The notes beneath the pieces are model-generated. The model saw nothing but the letters and a program-made list of their open reading frames with translations. It ran no database searches and was not told the origin of the DNA. A stretch of 64,000 nt of DNA from Trueperaceae bacterium (GTDB taxonomy: Bacteria > Deinococcota > Deinococci > Deinococcales > Trueperaceae), in contig JAXHNB010000005.1 of the NCBI GenBank assembly GCA_034520945.1, positions 384,001 through 448,000 on the forward strand, read 5' to 3'. This document shows positions 33,809 through 43,043 of this stretch, piece by piece. Numbering within the stretch: the first letter of the stretch is position 1; every line of letters starts with the position of its first letter. A program made the translations under genes and the position numbers.

Positions 33809-35050
33809 GTGAACGGTGCGCCCATCCACACGCTTCTGGCCCGTAGGCCGCTCCCCGGTTCGGTGCGCGAGGGCGGGGGGTACGCGCTGCGCTGGTCCGG
33901 AACGGCGGTGATGGGGGTCCTGAACCTGACGCCGGACAGCTTCAGCGACGGCGGCCGCTACCCGGACGTGGCTGCGGCGTTGCGGGCGGCCGAGGCGATG
34001 ATCCAGGCGGGCGCGCGGTTCGTGGACGTGGGGGGCGAATCGACGCGCCCCGGAGCGCAGCCGGTGCCCCCCGACGAGGAACGACGTCGCATCCTGCCGG
34101 TCGTCGAGGCGCTCGCCTCGGAGGGGCGGGCGGTGGTGTCGGTCGACAGCCGGCACGCCGAGGTGGCCCGCGACGCGCTGGCGGCCGGCGCTCATATCGT
34201 GAACGACGTGACCGGCCTGCGCGACCCCGCGCTTCGGGCCGCCTGCGCCGAGGCGGGCGCGCCCGCCATCGCGATGCACATGCAGGGCGAGCCCGGCACC
34301 ATGCAGGCAGACCCCCGCTACGAGGACGTGGTCGCGGAGGTCGAGGGCTTCCTCGCCCGTCAGGCGGAACGGGCCGAGGCGGACGGGGTGCCGTCGGTGA
34401 TGGTGGATCCCGGCATCGGCTTCGGCAAGACCTCGGCGCACAACCTGGCGCTGCTGCGGGCCGTGCCGCGCTTGGCGGCCGCCGGGCGTCCGCTGATGAT
34501 CGGGGCCTCCCGCAAGCGCCTGGTCGGGGAGCTGACCGGGGAGCGCGACGCGGCCCAGCGGGACGCGGGGAGCGTGGCCATCCACCTGGACGCCGCGCGC
34601 CGTGGCGCGGCGGTGGTGCGGGTGCACGACGTGCGGAGTCACGTGCAGGCGCTGGCGGTGCAGGCCGGGCTGACGGCCGGGGCGGGGCCCGGGGCGCAGG
34701 ACGACCGCATCGTGATGGAGGGGATGGAGTTTCACGGCTACCACGGGGCGTTCCCGGAGGAGCGACGCTTCGGCGCGCGGTTCGTGGTCGACGTCGAGAT
34801 GCGCTGCGCGCTGCCGGACGACGACGTGCTGGCGCGGACGGTCGACTACGCGCGCATGTACGCCCTGGTCGAGCGCGAGGTCACCCGGCGGCGCTACCGC
34901 CTGATCGAGGCGCTGGCGGCGCGCATCGCCGAGCGCGTGCTCATCTCCGACCCGCGCGTGCGCGAAGCGACCGTCCGGGTCCACAAGCCGCACGCGCCCC
35001 TGCCGGGGGTGGTGCGCGACGTGCGGGTCGAGGTGGTCCGGCGTCGCTGA
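33809..35050 (+). CDS. folP: dihydropteroate synthase fused to C-terminal dihydroneopterin aldolase (FolP-FolB)
   Basis: MGVLNLTPDSFSDGG, DVGGESTRPG, DPGIGFGK, GASRK, RVHDV, then F.GYHG...EER..G.RFVVD, TVDY, LIEALA, VHKPHAP. Confidence 0.92.
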   Translation: MNGAPIHTLLARRPLPGSVREGGGYALRWSGTAVMGVLNLTPDSFSDGGRYPDVAAALRAAEAMIQAGARFVDVGGESTRPGAQPVPPDEERRRILPVVEALASEGRAVVSVDSRHAEVARDALAAGAHIVNDVTGLRDPALRAACAEAGAPAIAMHMQGEPGTMQADPRYEDVVAEVEGFLARQAERAEADGVPSVMVDPGIGFGKTSAHNLALLRAVPRLAAAGRPLMIGASRKRLVGELTGERDAAQRDAGSVAIHLDAARRGAAVVRVHDVRSHVQALAVQAGLTAGAGPGAQDDRIVMEGMEFHGYHGAFPEERRFGARFVVDVEMRCALPDDDVLARTVDYARMYALVEREVTRRRYRLIEALAARIAERVLISDPRVREATVRVHKPHAPLPGVVRDVRVEVVRRR

Positions 35051-35555
35051 GGACGAGGCGCTCATCGCGTTGGGGGCCAACCTCGGCGATCCCGCCGTCA
35101 CGCTGCGCCGCGCGGCGGGCGAGCTAAGCGCGTTCGGCACCGTGACGCGTCGTTCCCGCCTGTGGCGCACCGACCCCGTCGGCGGGCCGCCCGGGCAGCC
35201 CGACTACCTGAACGCGGTGATCGCGCTGCGTCCGGCCGCCCCGTACGCGGACGTCACGACCCTGTTGGAGGCGTTTCACGGCGTGGAGGCCCGCCATGGG
35301 CGCGTGCGCCGTGAACGGTGGGCGCCGCGCACGCTGGACCTCGACCTGTTGGCCTACGGTTCGCTGGTTCGGGACGCGCCCGACCCGGTGGTGCCCCATC
35401 CGCGCATGATGACGCGGGCGTTCGTGCTGGTGCCCCTCCTGGAGGTCGACCCGGAGTGGCGGCACCCCCGCACGGGCGTCGCCGCGGCGGACGCGTTGGC
35501 GGCGTTGGACCGAAGCGGCCTGCGGCCGGCGGACGTGTCGTGGGTGCCGCGGTAG
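35043..35555 (+). CDS. folK: 2-amino-4-hydroxy-6-hydroxymethyldihydropteridine diphosphokinase (start uncertain; first canonical start is TTG 35070)
   Basis: ALIALGANLGD, QPDYLNAV, GRVRRERWAPRTLDLDLL, VPHPRM..RAFVLVPL. Confidence 0.9.
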   Translation, partial: VAEDEALIALGANLGDPAVTLRRAAGELSAFGTVTRRSRLWRTDPVGGPPGQPDYLNAVIALRPAAPYADVTTLLEAFHGVEARHGRVRRERWAPRTLDLDLLAYGSLVRDAPDPVVPHPRMMTRAFVLVPLLEVDPEWRHPRTGVAAADALAALDRSGLRPADVSWVPR

Positions 35556-35565
35556 ACTCGCGCCC

Positions 35566-36279
35566 GTGCGCGTCTTCGCCATCGCCGACCCCCACCTGTC
35601 CCGCCGCGACGCGAAGCCGATGGACGTGTTCGGCCCCGGCTGGGCGGGACACCCTGAGGCGTTCTTCGCAGGGTGGCGCCGAACGGTCGGGGCGGGCGAC
35701 CTGGTGCTGGTGCCGGGCGACATCTCCTGGGCCATGCGGCTGTCCGACGCCCTGCCGGACCTTCGCGAGATCGCCGAGCTTCCCGGCCGCAAGGTGCTGC
35801 TGCGCGGCAACCACGACTACTGGTGGCCGGGGATCGGCAAGCTCCGTGCCGCGCTGCCGGAGGGGATGTACGCGATTCAGAACGACGCCCTACGCCTGGG
35901 CGACGTGGTGGTGGCCGGGACGCGCGGTTGGGCCTGTCCCGGCAGCTACGAGTTCGGGGCGCACGACGATCGCGTCTACCGGCGCGAATTGGAGCGGCTG
36001 GACCTGTCGCTGGCGCACGCGGCCCGCCTGCGCCGGCCGGGGGACGCGGTGGTGGTGATGCTGCACTTTCCGCCGACGAACCCGCGCCTCGAGGCGTCCG
36101 GGTTCACGGAGCGCATCGAGGCGTTCGCGCCCGATGCGCTGGTGTTCGGTCACGTCCACGGCGGCCGCGAACAGGTGATCCGGCACCTGCCGCACACCGA
36201 CGTGCATTTCGTGGCGGCCGATCACCTGGCGTTCGAGCCTGCGTGCGTGTTCACGGGCCGGATGGCCCCAGCGGCCTGA
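35566..36279 (+). CDS. calcineurin-like metallophosphoesterase
   Basis: AIADPHLS, PGDISWAM, RGNHDYWW, MLHFPP, FGHVHG. Confidence 0.88.
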   Translation: MRVFAIADPHLSRRDAKPMDVFGPGWAGHPEAFFAGWRRTVGAGDLVLVPGDISWAMRLSDALPDLREIAELPGRKVLLRGNHDYWWPGIGKLRAALPEGMYAIQNDALRLGDVVVAGTRGWACPGSYEFGAHDDRVYRRELERLDLSLAHAARLRRPGDAVVVMLHFPPTNPRLEASGFTERIEAFAPDALVFGHVHGGREQVIRHLPHTDVHFVAADHLAFEPACVFTGRMAPAA

Positions 36280-36631
36280 GCGTGTCGTCGCCCGTCAGGC
36301 GCGCGTAATGGGTGATGGCGTCTTCGCCGCGTTCCCAGACGAGGTTGACGACCTCGCCGTCGATCCGGCTGGGGAACAGCGCCACCCCCGCCTCGAGGTC
36401 CTCTACCTGCACGCCTAGGCGGGCCAGCGCCTCCGCTGTCTCGCGGGCCTCTTGCGTGAGGAAGGCGGCCTCCTGGCGGGCGTTCAGAGCTTCGGGATCG
36501 TGGGCCCCCGTCTTGGCCAGCCGACGCTTGGCATCGTTCATGTCCGACATCGTGCGTTGCAGCGCCGCGATGTGCGCGTCTACGACGGGGATCATCTGTT
36601 GTGCGCGTTCGAGTGAGAACAGCTTGTACAC
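36251..36631 (-). CDS. DUF2203-like protein
   Basis: F.LE.A..MIP N-terminus, coiled coil, GV...D...G...FPS..DGE.V.L.W..GE..I.H pattern; SD GGGAGG. Confidence 0.7.
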   Translation of the reverse strand: MYKLFSLERAQQMIPVVDAHIAALQRTMSDMNDAKRRLAKTGAHDPEALNARQEAAFLTQEARETAEALARLGVQVEDLEAGVALFPSRIDGEVVNLVWERGEDAITHYARLTGDDTLRPLGPSGP

Positions 36632-36854
36632 GTTCTCGACCTCCCTCTGTTCAAGGACATCATAGGCCCTTCGCCGGCGTCGCGCCGTGAGGCATGCTAC
36701 GAAAATCTGAGCCGTGCAGGCTCAGGTAGGACGCGGTCGGCGTGGGCCGTCCGCGCGGTCGCTGCCGCGGAGCGCGCGATTGGTAGACTTCCCGCGCCCC
36801 CGCACGTTCCCCGGGGCGTCCCGGGCCCGTCGCCGGGGCTGGAAAGGATCGTTG

Positions 36855-38042
36855 GTGCCCGACGCTGCCCCCGCCTCCGCCGAACCCGTGCTGGTCCTCA
36901 ACGCCGGCAGCTCCAGCCTCAAGGCGCGCCTCTCCCCGGCCGGCGTGGCCGTCGGGATCGAACGCATCGGCGAGGATGCGCCGAGCCCCGTCACGGTGGG
37001 CGGCCGCCGCGAGGGCGAGCGCCGCGTGCCCGATGTGGCCACCGCCATTCAGGTCGTGCTCGATGCGCTGGGCGCGCGCTCCGACACCCCGCGCATCGAG
37101 CTGGTGGGCCACCGCGTCGTGCACGGCGGCGAGCGCCACCGCGCCCCGTTGCGCATCAGCGACCGCGCGTTGCAGGACCTGGAGGCGTTGGCGCCGTTGG
37201 CGCCGCTCCACCTTCCCGGCAACCTTGCCGGCATTCGGGCCGCCCGCACCGCCCTGCCGGACGCCATCCAGGTGGCGGTGTTCGATACTGCGTTCCACGC
37301 CGGCCTGCCGCGCCGGGCCTACCTGTACGGCCTGCCGATGCGGCTGTACCGCGAGGAGGGCGTACGTCGCTACGGCTTCCACGGCCCCAGTCACGACGTG
37401 GTGTCGACCCGCATCGCCGAGCGGCTGGGCCGTTCCCGCGGGGAGCTGCGCATCGTGACGCTGCACCTGGGCAACGGCGCCAGTGCGGCGGCGGTGCAAT
37501 TCGGACGCAGCGTGGACACGACCATGGGCTTCACGCCGCTGGAAGGCCTGATGATGGGCACGCGCCCCGGCGACGTCGACCCAGGCATCCTGATGCACCT
37601 CCTGCGCCAAGGGTGGACGGCGGAGGCGCTGGACCGGACCTTGAACCGGTCGTCGGGACTCCTCGGCCTCTCTGGCGTCTCCAACGACCTTCGCGACGTC
37701 TGGGCGGCGGCGGATGGGGGCGACGAGGACGCCGCCGCGGCGCTGGAGGTCTACGCCTACCGCATCCGCAAGACGATCGGCGCCTACGCCGCCGCCATGG
37801 GCGGGCTGGACGCGGTGGCCTTCACCGGCGGCGTCGGCGAGAACGATGCCCGCATGCGCGCCGCGGCCACCGAGGAGCTGGACTTCCTCGGGCTGCGCCT
37901 GGACCCGGACGCCAACGCCGCCCATGGCCCTCGCATCGGGGCGCAGGGCGCGCGCGTGGCGTGCTGGGTGATCCCGACCGACGAAGAGGGGCGCATCGCC
38001 GAGCTGGTGCGGGCTGCGGCCCGCGGGGAGGACGGCGCATGA
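36855..38042 (+). CDS. ackA: acetate kinase
   Basis: LVLNAGSSSLK, GHRVVHGG, LAPLH, VFDTAFH, RRYGFHG, HLGNGAS, TMGFTPLEG, FTGGVGEN, IPTDEE. Confidence 0.96.
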   Translation: MPDAAPASAEPVLVLNAGSSSLKARLSPAGVAVGIERIGEDAPSPVTVGGRREGERRVPDVATAIQVVLDALGARSDTPRIELVGHRVVHGGERHRAPLRISDRALQDLEALAPLAPLHLPGNLAGIRAARTALPDAIQVAVFDTAFHAGLPRRAYLYGLPMRLYREEGVRRYGFHGPSHDVVSTRIAERLGRSRGELRIVTLHLGNGASAAAVQFGRSVDTTMGFTPLEGLMMGTRPGDVDPGILMHLLRQGWTAEALDRTLNRSSGLLGLSGVSNDLRDVWAAADGGDEDAAAALEVYAYRIRKTIGAYAAAMGGLDAVAFTGGVGENDARMRAAATEELDFLGLRLDPDANAAHGPRIGAQGARVACWVIPTDEEGRIAELVRAAARGEDGA

Positions 38043-38926
38043 CCACGCTGGGCTTGGACCTCGGAGGCACGAAGATCGCGGCGGCGGTGGTGCGGGACGG
38101 CAGGATCCTGGCGGACCGCCGGGCCCCCACGCCCCAAACCGGTTTCGATGCGGTGATCGCGCGCATGGCGGAGCTCGCTCACGAGCTTCTGCAGGTCCAT
38201 CCCGAGGTGCGCGTCGTCGGGATCGGATCGCCGGGCCCGCTGGACTTCGCGCGGCGGCGCGTCGTGTTCGCGCCGAACATCCCCGGCATGGAGGACGTGC
38301 CGATCGTCGACGCGCTCGAGGAACGGATCCCGTTGCCGGTGGTGCTCGAGAACGACGCCAACGCGGCGGGGTACGCCGAGCACCGCTACGGCGCGGCGCG
38401 CGACCTGGATTCGAGCGTATACGTCACGCTGTCGACCGGCATCGGCGGGGGGTTGTTCCTGGGCGATCGGGTGATTCGCGGCGCGCACGGGGTGGCCGGC
38501 GAGATCGGGCACATGACGCTCCTGCCCGGCGGGCCGTTGGGCGGGGACGGCAGCCTGGGCAGTTGGGAGGCGATCGCCGCGGGCAGGGCGATCGCCCGTG
38601 ATGCCAGCTACGCCTACGGCGTCGACATGCGGACCGAGGAGGTCTTTGGTCGCGCCCAACAGAACGAGTCCAAGGCGCTGCGGATCGTGGACAACGCCAC
38701 CCGCTTCACGGGGATCGGACTGGCGAATCTGGTCAAGGTGTTCGACCCCGATGCCTTCGTGGTGGGGGGCGGCATGGCCAGCGCCGGCGCGTTCTACATG
38801 GACCGTGTGCGGGCGGCCGCCAGGGAGCATCTGGAGGGCTGGCCCGAGCCTGCTCTGCTGCCGGCCGAACTCGGCACCGACGCCGGCGTGATCGGCGCGG
38901 CCGCCGTGGCGGAACGGGAGGGATGA
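38039..38926 (+). CDS. glk: ROK family sugar kinase (glucokinase-like)
   Basis: GLDLGGTKI, GIGSPGPLD, LENDANAA..AE, STGIGGG, GEIGH; ATGA overlap with ackA. Confidence 0.85.
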   Translation: MTTLGLDLGGTKIAAAVVRDGRILADRRAPTPQTGFDAVIARMAELAHELLQVHPEVRVVGIGSPGPLDFARRRVVFAPNIPGMEDVPIVDALEERIPLPVVLENDANAAGYAEHRYGAARDLDSSVYVTLSTGIGGGLFLGDRVIRGAHGVAGEIGHMTLLPGGPLGGDGSLGSWEAIAAGRAIARDASYAYGVDMRTEEVFGRAQQNESKALRIVDNATRFTGIGLANLVKVFDPDAFVVGGGMASAGAFYMDRVRAAAREHLEGWPEPALLPAELGTDAGVIGAAAVAEREG

Positions 38927-38932
38927 GCCGCG

Positions 38933-39457
38933 GTGGAGGTGTTCCTCTCCGCGCTGGTGATCTTCCTGCTCCGCATCGCGGACGTGGCGATCGGGACGGT
39001 GCGGATCGCCTTCCTGTCGCGGGAGCGACCGTTGGTGGCCGGCGCCCTCGGGTTCGTGGAGATCATGGTGTGGCTCGCGGCGGCGGCGCAGGTCCTGACC
39101 AACCTCGACAACATGGTCCAGTTCGTCGCCTACGCCGGCGGCTTCGCCACCGGCACGGTGCTGGGGATGTACATCGACCGTTGGATCGCCGTGGGGGACG
39201 TCATGATGCGCATCGTCGCGCCGGTCGCCAGCCCCTCGACGGCGGGGGCGCTTCGCCGCGCGGGCTACATCGTCACCGAGATGAACGCCGAGGGGCGGGA
39301 CGGGCAGGTGCGCGTCACCTTCTCGGTGCTGCCCCGGCGTCGCAAGCGAGAGGCGCTGAAGCTGGTGCACGGCACCAATCCGCAGGCGTTCGTGTCGTTC
39401 GAAAGCACGACCCCGGTTCGGCTCACCCGCCAGGCGGCGGCGCGACCCCGGAAGTGA
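38933..39457 (+). CDS. UPF0316 / DUF5698-DUF2179 membrane protein
   Basis: IFLLRI.DV.IGT.R, GF.E...W, AYAGGFATG..LG, C-terminal LR..GY.VT...A.G..G and P.AFV. Confidence 0.8.
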   Translation: MEVFLSALVIFLLRIADVAIGTVRIAFLSRERPLVAGALGFVEIMVWLAAAAQVLTNLDNMVQFVAYAGGFATGTVLGMYIDRWIAVGDVMMRIVAPVASPSTAGALRRAGYIVTEMNAEGRDGQVRVTFSVLPRRRKREALKLVHGTNPQAFVSFESTTPVRLTRQAAARPRK

Positions 39458-39490
39458 CCTGGGGCGGTCCAATCGGTGCGCGGCCGACGC

Positions 39491-40183
39491 TCACTTCGCG
39501 GGCCGGTAGGGACGCTCGTAGTACGCCTCCAGGCGGTTCACGCCCAGCGAGGCCATGTTGCTGAGCACCAGGTACACCATGGCGATGCCGATGTAGATCG
39601 GGAACGGCCGAAAGGTGCGCGACACCACGTTGTCGGCCTCGAACAACAAATCCTGCACGCTGATGACGGTGACCAGCGTCGAGTCCTTGATCAACGAGAT
39701 GAACTGGTTGCCGAGCGCGGGCACCGCCAAGCGGATCGCCTGCGGCAGCTGCACGAAGCGGAAGCTGTGGAACCGGTTCAGGCCCAGTACCTGGGCCGCC
39801 TCGAGCTGGCCCTTGGGGACCGCCTGGAAGGCGCCGCGGATGATCTCGGAGAAGTAGGCGCCGGCGTACAGGCTCATCCCGGTCGTGCCCGCCTGAAACG
39901 CGCTGTCCCACTGGAAGAACGGCAGCGTGGGCAGGCCGAACCAGAGGATGAACAGCTGCACCAGCAGCGGCGTGCCGCGGAAGAACTCGACGTACGCGAC
40001 CGAGACGATGCGCAACGGCAGGATCCCCGACATGCGGCCGAGCGCCGCCAGCAGGCCGAGGATCAGGCCGAACAGGCCCGCCAGCAGCGTGACGGCGGCC
40101 GTGACCTGCGTGCCGTCCCAGAGGTTCCCGAACACGGTCGGCGTGAACACGTTGGCGAAGAGGTCCTGAAAATACGCGATCAT
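39491..40183 (-). CDS. polar amino acid ABC transporter permease
   Basis: YVEFFRGTPLLVQLF, AYFSEIIRG, GQLEAA, LPQA, LIKDSTL. Confidence 0.93.
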   Translation of the reverse strand: MIAYFQDLFANVFTPTVFGNLWDGTQVTAAVTLLAGLFGLILGLLAALGRMSGILPLRIVSVAYVEFFRGTPLLVQLFILWFGLPTLPFFQWDSAFQAGTTGMSLYAGAYFSEIIRGAFQAVPKGQLEAAQVLGLNRFHSFRFVQLPQAIRLAVPALGNQFISLIKDSTLVTVISVQDLLFEADNVVSRTFRPFPIYIGIAMVYLVLSNMASLGVNRLEAYYERPYRPAK

Positions 40184-40253
40184 GCTCGTCTCCTACGCAG
40201 GCGCGGCCGGCTCTGGCAGCCGGCCGCGCAAGGGTGTCACGTGGGTGTGAAGC

Positions 40254-41054
40254 TTACTCGCTGGGCGGGGTGACGATGTCGCCGCCGACCCATTCCTCGC
40301 TGATCTCGAGCAGCGTGCCGTTCTCGCGAAGCGTGTTCAGGGCTTCCTCGAGCACGGCCTTCAACTCGTCACTGCCGCTGGCCACCGTGATCCAGGCGTT
40401 CTCCTCGAACACCAGGCCGCTGACCGGCTTCATGTCCATGCCGCTGGAGCGGAACGCCTGGTTGCCGACGATGGGGTTGGTGAAGATGGCCTGGGCCTGC
40501 CCGGCCCGGATCGCCTGCAGCGAGGTGGGCACGCCCGAGTAGGTCGCCACGCTGTCGCCGTAGCCGTTGTCCTCCAGCCACTGCTGGTTGGTGCCGCCGC
40601 GGTCGACCGCGATGGTGCCGCCCGCGTCGAGGATCTCTTCCCAGTCGTCGTACTCGCTGTCGGCGGGCGCGAAGAACTGACCGCCGCCGTAGTAGTACGG
40701 TTCACTGAGGAACGCCACGCTCTGCTCGCGTGCGGGGGTGCGGGCGTGCGAGGCGATGGAGGCGTCGAACCGGCCGGCCTGCACGCCGCCGATGATGCCG
40801 CTGAACTGCGCCTGCTCGATCTCGACCTCGACGCCGAGGACGTCACCGAGGGCCAGGGCCACGTCGGCGTCGAAGCCTTCCAGGCCCCCCTCTTCGGCGG
40901 GCATGGAGAACGGCGGGTACTCGCCCGACATGGCGACGGTGAACACGCCGTCCTCGAGCTGCGGGACGTCCGAGATGTCGATCTGGGCGAAGGCGGTGCC
41001 GGCCAGCACGGTGAGGCCGGCGATCATGGACACGATCGTGGTTCGAATCTTCAT
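40254..41054 (-). CDS. polar amino acid ABC transporter substrate-binding protein (family 3)
   Basis: Signal peptide ending AFA, YPPFS, GFD.D, GRFD, T..RE, S.PYY; SD AAGGAG. Confidence 0.9.
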   Translation of the reverse strand: MKIRTTIVSMIAGLTVLAGTAFAQIDISDVPQLEDGVFTVAMSGEYPPFSMPAEEGGLEGFDADVALALGDVLGVEVEIEQAQFSGIIGGVQAGRFDASIASHARTPAREQSVAFLSEPYYYGGGQFFAPADSEYDDWEEILDAGGTIAVDRGGTNQQWLEDNGYGDSVATYSGVPTSLQAIRAGQAQAIFTNPIVGNQAFRSSGMDMKPVSGLVFEENAWITVASGSDELKAVLEEALNTLRENGTLLEISEEWVGGDIVTPPSE

Positions 41055-41399
41055 GCGAACTCCTTTGAAACGAAATGGAACGTGATGGGTTCGGCCCCGG
41101 CGGGGCGTCGTGCCACGTCCGGCTCGTTCCGGACGCGTAAGGCCCGAACGCGTCGCACGGTCCAGGAAATGGCCTGATCCATGTACGAGTCACGTTCGAA
41201 CGGTGCAAGCATGCATACCACCCGAGAGCGCCGGAGTCAAACGATCGCCGTAGCGGCATCCGGGCCCAATGTCATACGCCCGTCGCCCGATGTGTCAGCG
41301 GGATTGCATTGCGATCGCCATTCGTATACTACGGTCGCATATGCAAGCGCCGCCTCCCCGGATCGGGGAAGGCCGAGCCGCACCCTACGAAGGGACCCC

Positions 41400-41873
41400 A
41401 TGACCACATCCACGCTGCCGTTCACCCTGACGAGCTACACGTTCGCCAGCGAAGGCGAACGTGAGAGCTTCCGCCGAGATCGACTCGACGCGGTCGCGTC
41501 ATTTCTGCACGCCCATCTCGACGCCTACGGCGACCCGCTCGAGCACATCCGTGCCTGCCTCGAGCGCGCCAGCGGCTCCAGGCCCACCGACGGGGGGACG
41601 GTGACCCTGGCCGAGCGCGACGGAGACATCGTCGGGGCGGTCGTCACCAACGACACCCACATGTCCGGCTATACCCCCGAGAACCTGCTGGTGTACGTCG
41701 CCACGCACGCGGACCACCGCGGGCTCGGCATCGGACGCGCCCTGATGGAGGGCGCCGCCGACGCCGTCGACGGTTCCATCGCATTGCACGTCGAACACGA
41801 CAACCCCGCCGCGGCGTTGTACCGCAAGCTCGGTTACACCAACAAGTACCTCGAAATGCGACTCCAACGCTGA
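41400..41873 (+). CDS. GNAT family N-acetyltransferase
   Basis: LVYVATH.DHRGLGIGRALM (acetyl-CoA motif A), LHVE.DNPA..LY.KLGY. Confidence 0.88.
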   Translation: MTTSTLPFTLTSYTFASEGERESFRRDRLDAVASFLHAHLDAYGDPLEHIRACLERASGSRPTDGGTVTLAERDGDIVGAVVTNDTHMSGYTPENLLVYVATHADHRGLGIGRALMEGAADAVDGSIALHVEHDNPAAALYRKLGYTNKYLEMRLQR

Positions 41874-41874
41874 T

Positions 41875-43008
41875 ATGGCGATCCTGCGCATGAATCGCGA
41901 CGCGCTCCGCCACAACTACGCGGAGCTGGAGAGGCGCATGGCCGGTCACGGCGTGTCGTACGGCGTGGTGACCAAGCTTCTCTGCGGCAACGAGGCGTTC
42001 CTGCGGGAGGTGCTGGCCCTCGGATCCTCCCACGTGATGGACGCCCGCACCAGCAACCTGCGGACCATCAAGGGCATCGATCCCGACGCCCGCACCGTCT
42101 ACATCAAGCCGCCCGCCCACGGCAACGTCGAAGACGTGGTCCGCTGGGCCGACGTGAGCTTCAACACCGAGCTGGCCACGCTTGGGGCGCTGGACGCCGA
42201 GGCGGCACGTCAGGGGGTGCGGCACGGCGTGGTGGTGATGGTCGAGATGGGCGACCTGCGCGAGGGCGTGATGCGCGAACGGTTGGTCGAGTTCGTCGGC
42301 CAGGCGTTGCGCTTCGAGAACCTCGATCTGAAGGGCATCGGCACCAACTTCAACTGCCTGAACGGCACCGTTCCCAGCGAAGACAAGCTGTGGCAGCTGG
42401 CCCTGTTCCGGGAACTGGTCGAGCTCCGCTACGGCGTGGAGCTCGCCTGGGTGTCCGGCGGCACCAGCGTGGCGCTTCCCATGCTGTTCGCCGGGCAGGT
42501 GCCCAGCGCCGTCAACCACTACCGCATCGGCGAGAGCCTGTTCTTCGGGGCCGACCTGGTGCGCGGCGAGACGTTCGAAGGCATGCGTGACGACGTGTTC
42601 GAGCTCGAAGCCGAGGTGATCGAGGTTCGCGACAAGCCGTCCGAACCGTCGGGCCCCTTCGGCGACGACCCGTTCGGTCAGCGGCACCAGGCGAGCGATG
42701 GCCCGGTCGGCACCGCACGGCGCGCCATCCTGGACGTGGGGTGGTTGGACCTCGAAGCCGAGTTCCTCACCCCTCAGGACGAGGGCGTCGAGATCGTCGA
42801 CATGAGCAGCGACATGACGGTCGTCGACGTGGGGCGGCGCACGAGGCCGACCCGCGTGGGGGACCGGTTGCGCTTCGGTCTTCGCTACATGGGGGCGCTC
42901 AAACTGCTGAACTCGGACTACATCGACAAGGTCGTGACCGAGAAGGAGGGCGCGGACGCCGAAGCGACCGTGACGCCGGAGGGCAGCACCGTCCCCAAGG
43001 GCCGCTGA
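41875..43008 (+). CDS. alanine/ornithine racemase family PLP-dependent enzyme (fold type III)
   Basis: GVVTKLLCG (putative PLP Lys), MVEMGDLREG, GIGTNFNC, VSGGTS, NHYRIGESL, RAILDVG, MSSDM. Confidence 0.85.
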   Translation: MAILRMNRDALRHNYAELERRMAGHGVSYGVVTKLLCGNEAFLREVLALGSSHVMDARTSNLRTIKGIDPDARTVYIKPPAHGNVEDVVRWADVSFNTELATLGALDAEAARQGVRHGVVVMVEMGDLREGVMRERLVEFVGQALRFENLDLKGIGTNFNCLNGTVPSEDKLWQLALFRELVELRYGVELAWVSGGTSVALPMLFAGQVPSAVNHYRIGESLFFGADLVRGETFEGMRDDVFELEAEVIEVRDKPSEPSGPFGDDPFGQRHQASDGPVGTARRAILDVGWLDLEAEFLTPQDEGVEIVDMSSDMTVVDVGRRTRPTRVGDRLRFGLRYMGALKLLNSDYIDKVVTEKEGADAEATVTPEGSTVPKGR

Positions 43009-43043
43009 GGGGCCCGGCCGGAGCCGTTCCCCCCGCCCCCGGT

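Noticed and set aside
40201..40229. 12-bp hairpin between SBP and permease genes as novel RNA
   Set aside because: Typical mRNA-stabilising or partial-termination stem after ABC binding-protein genes.
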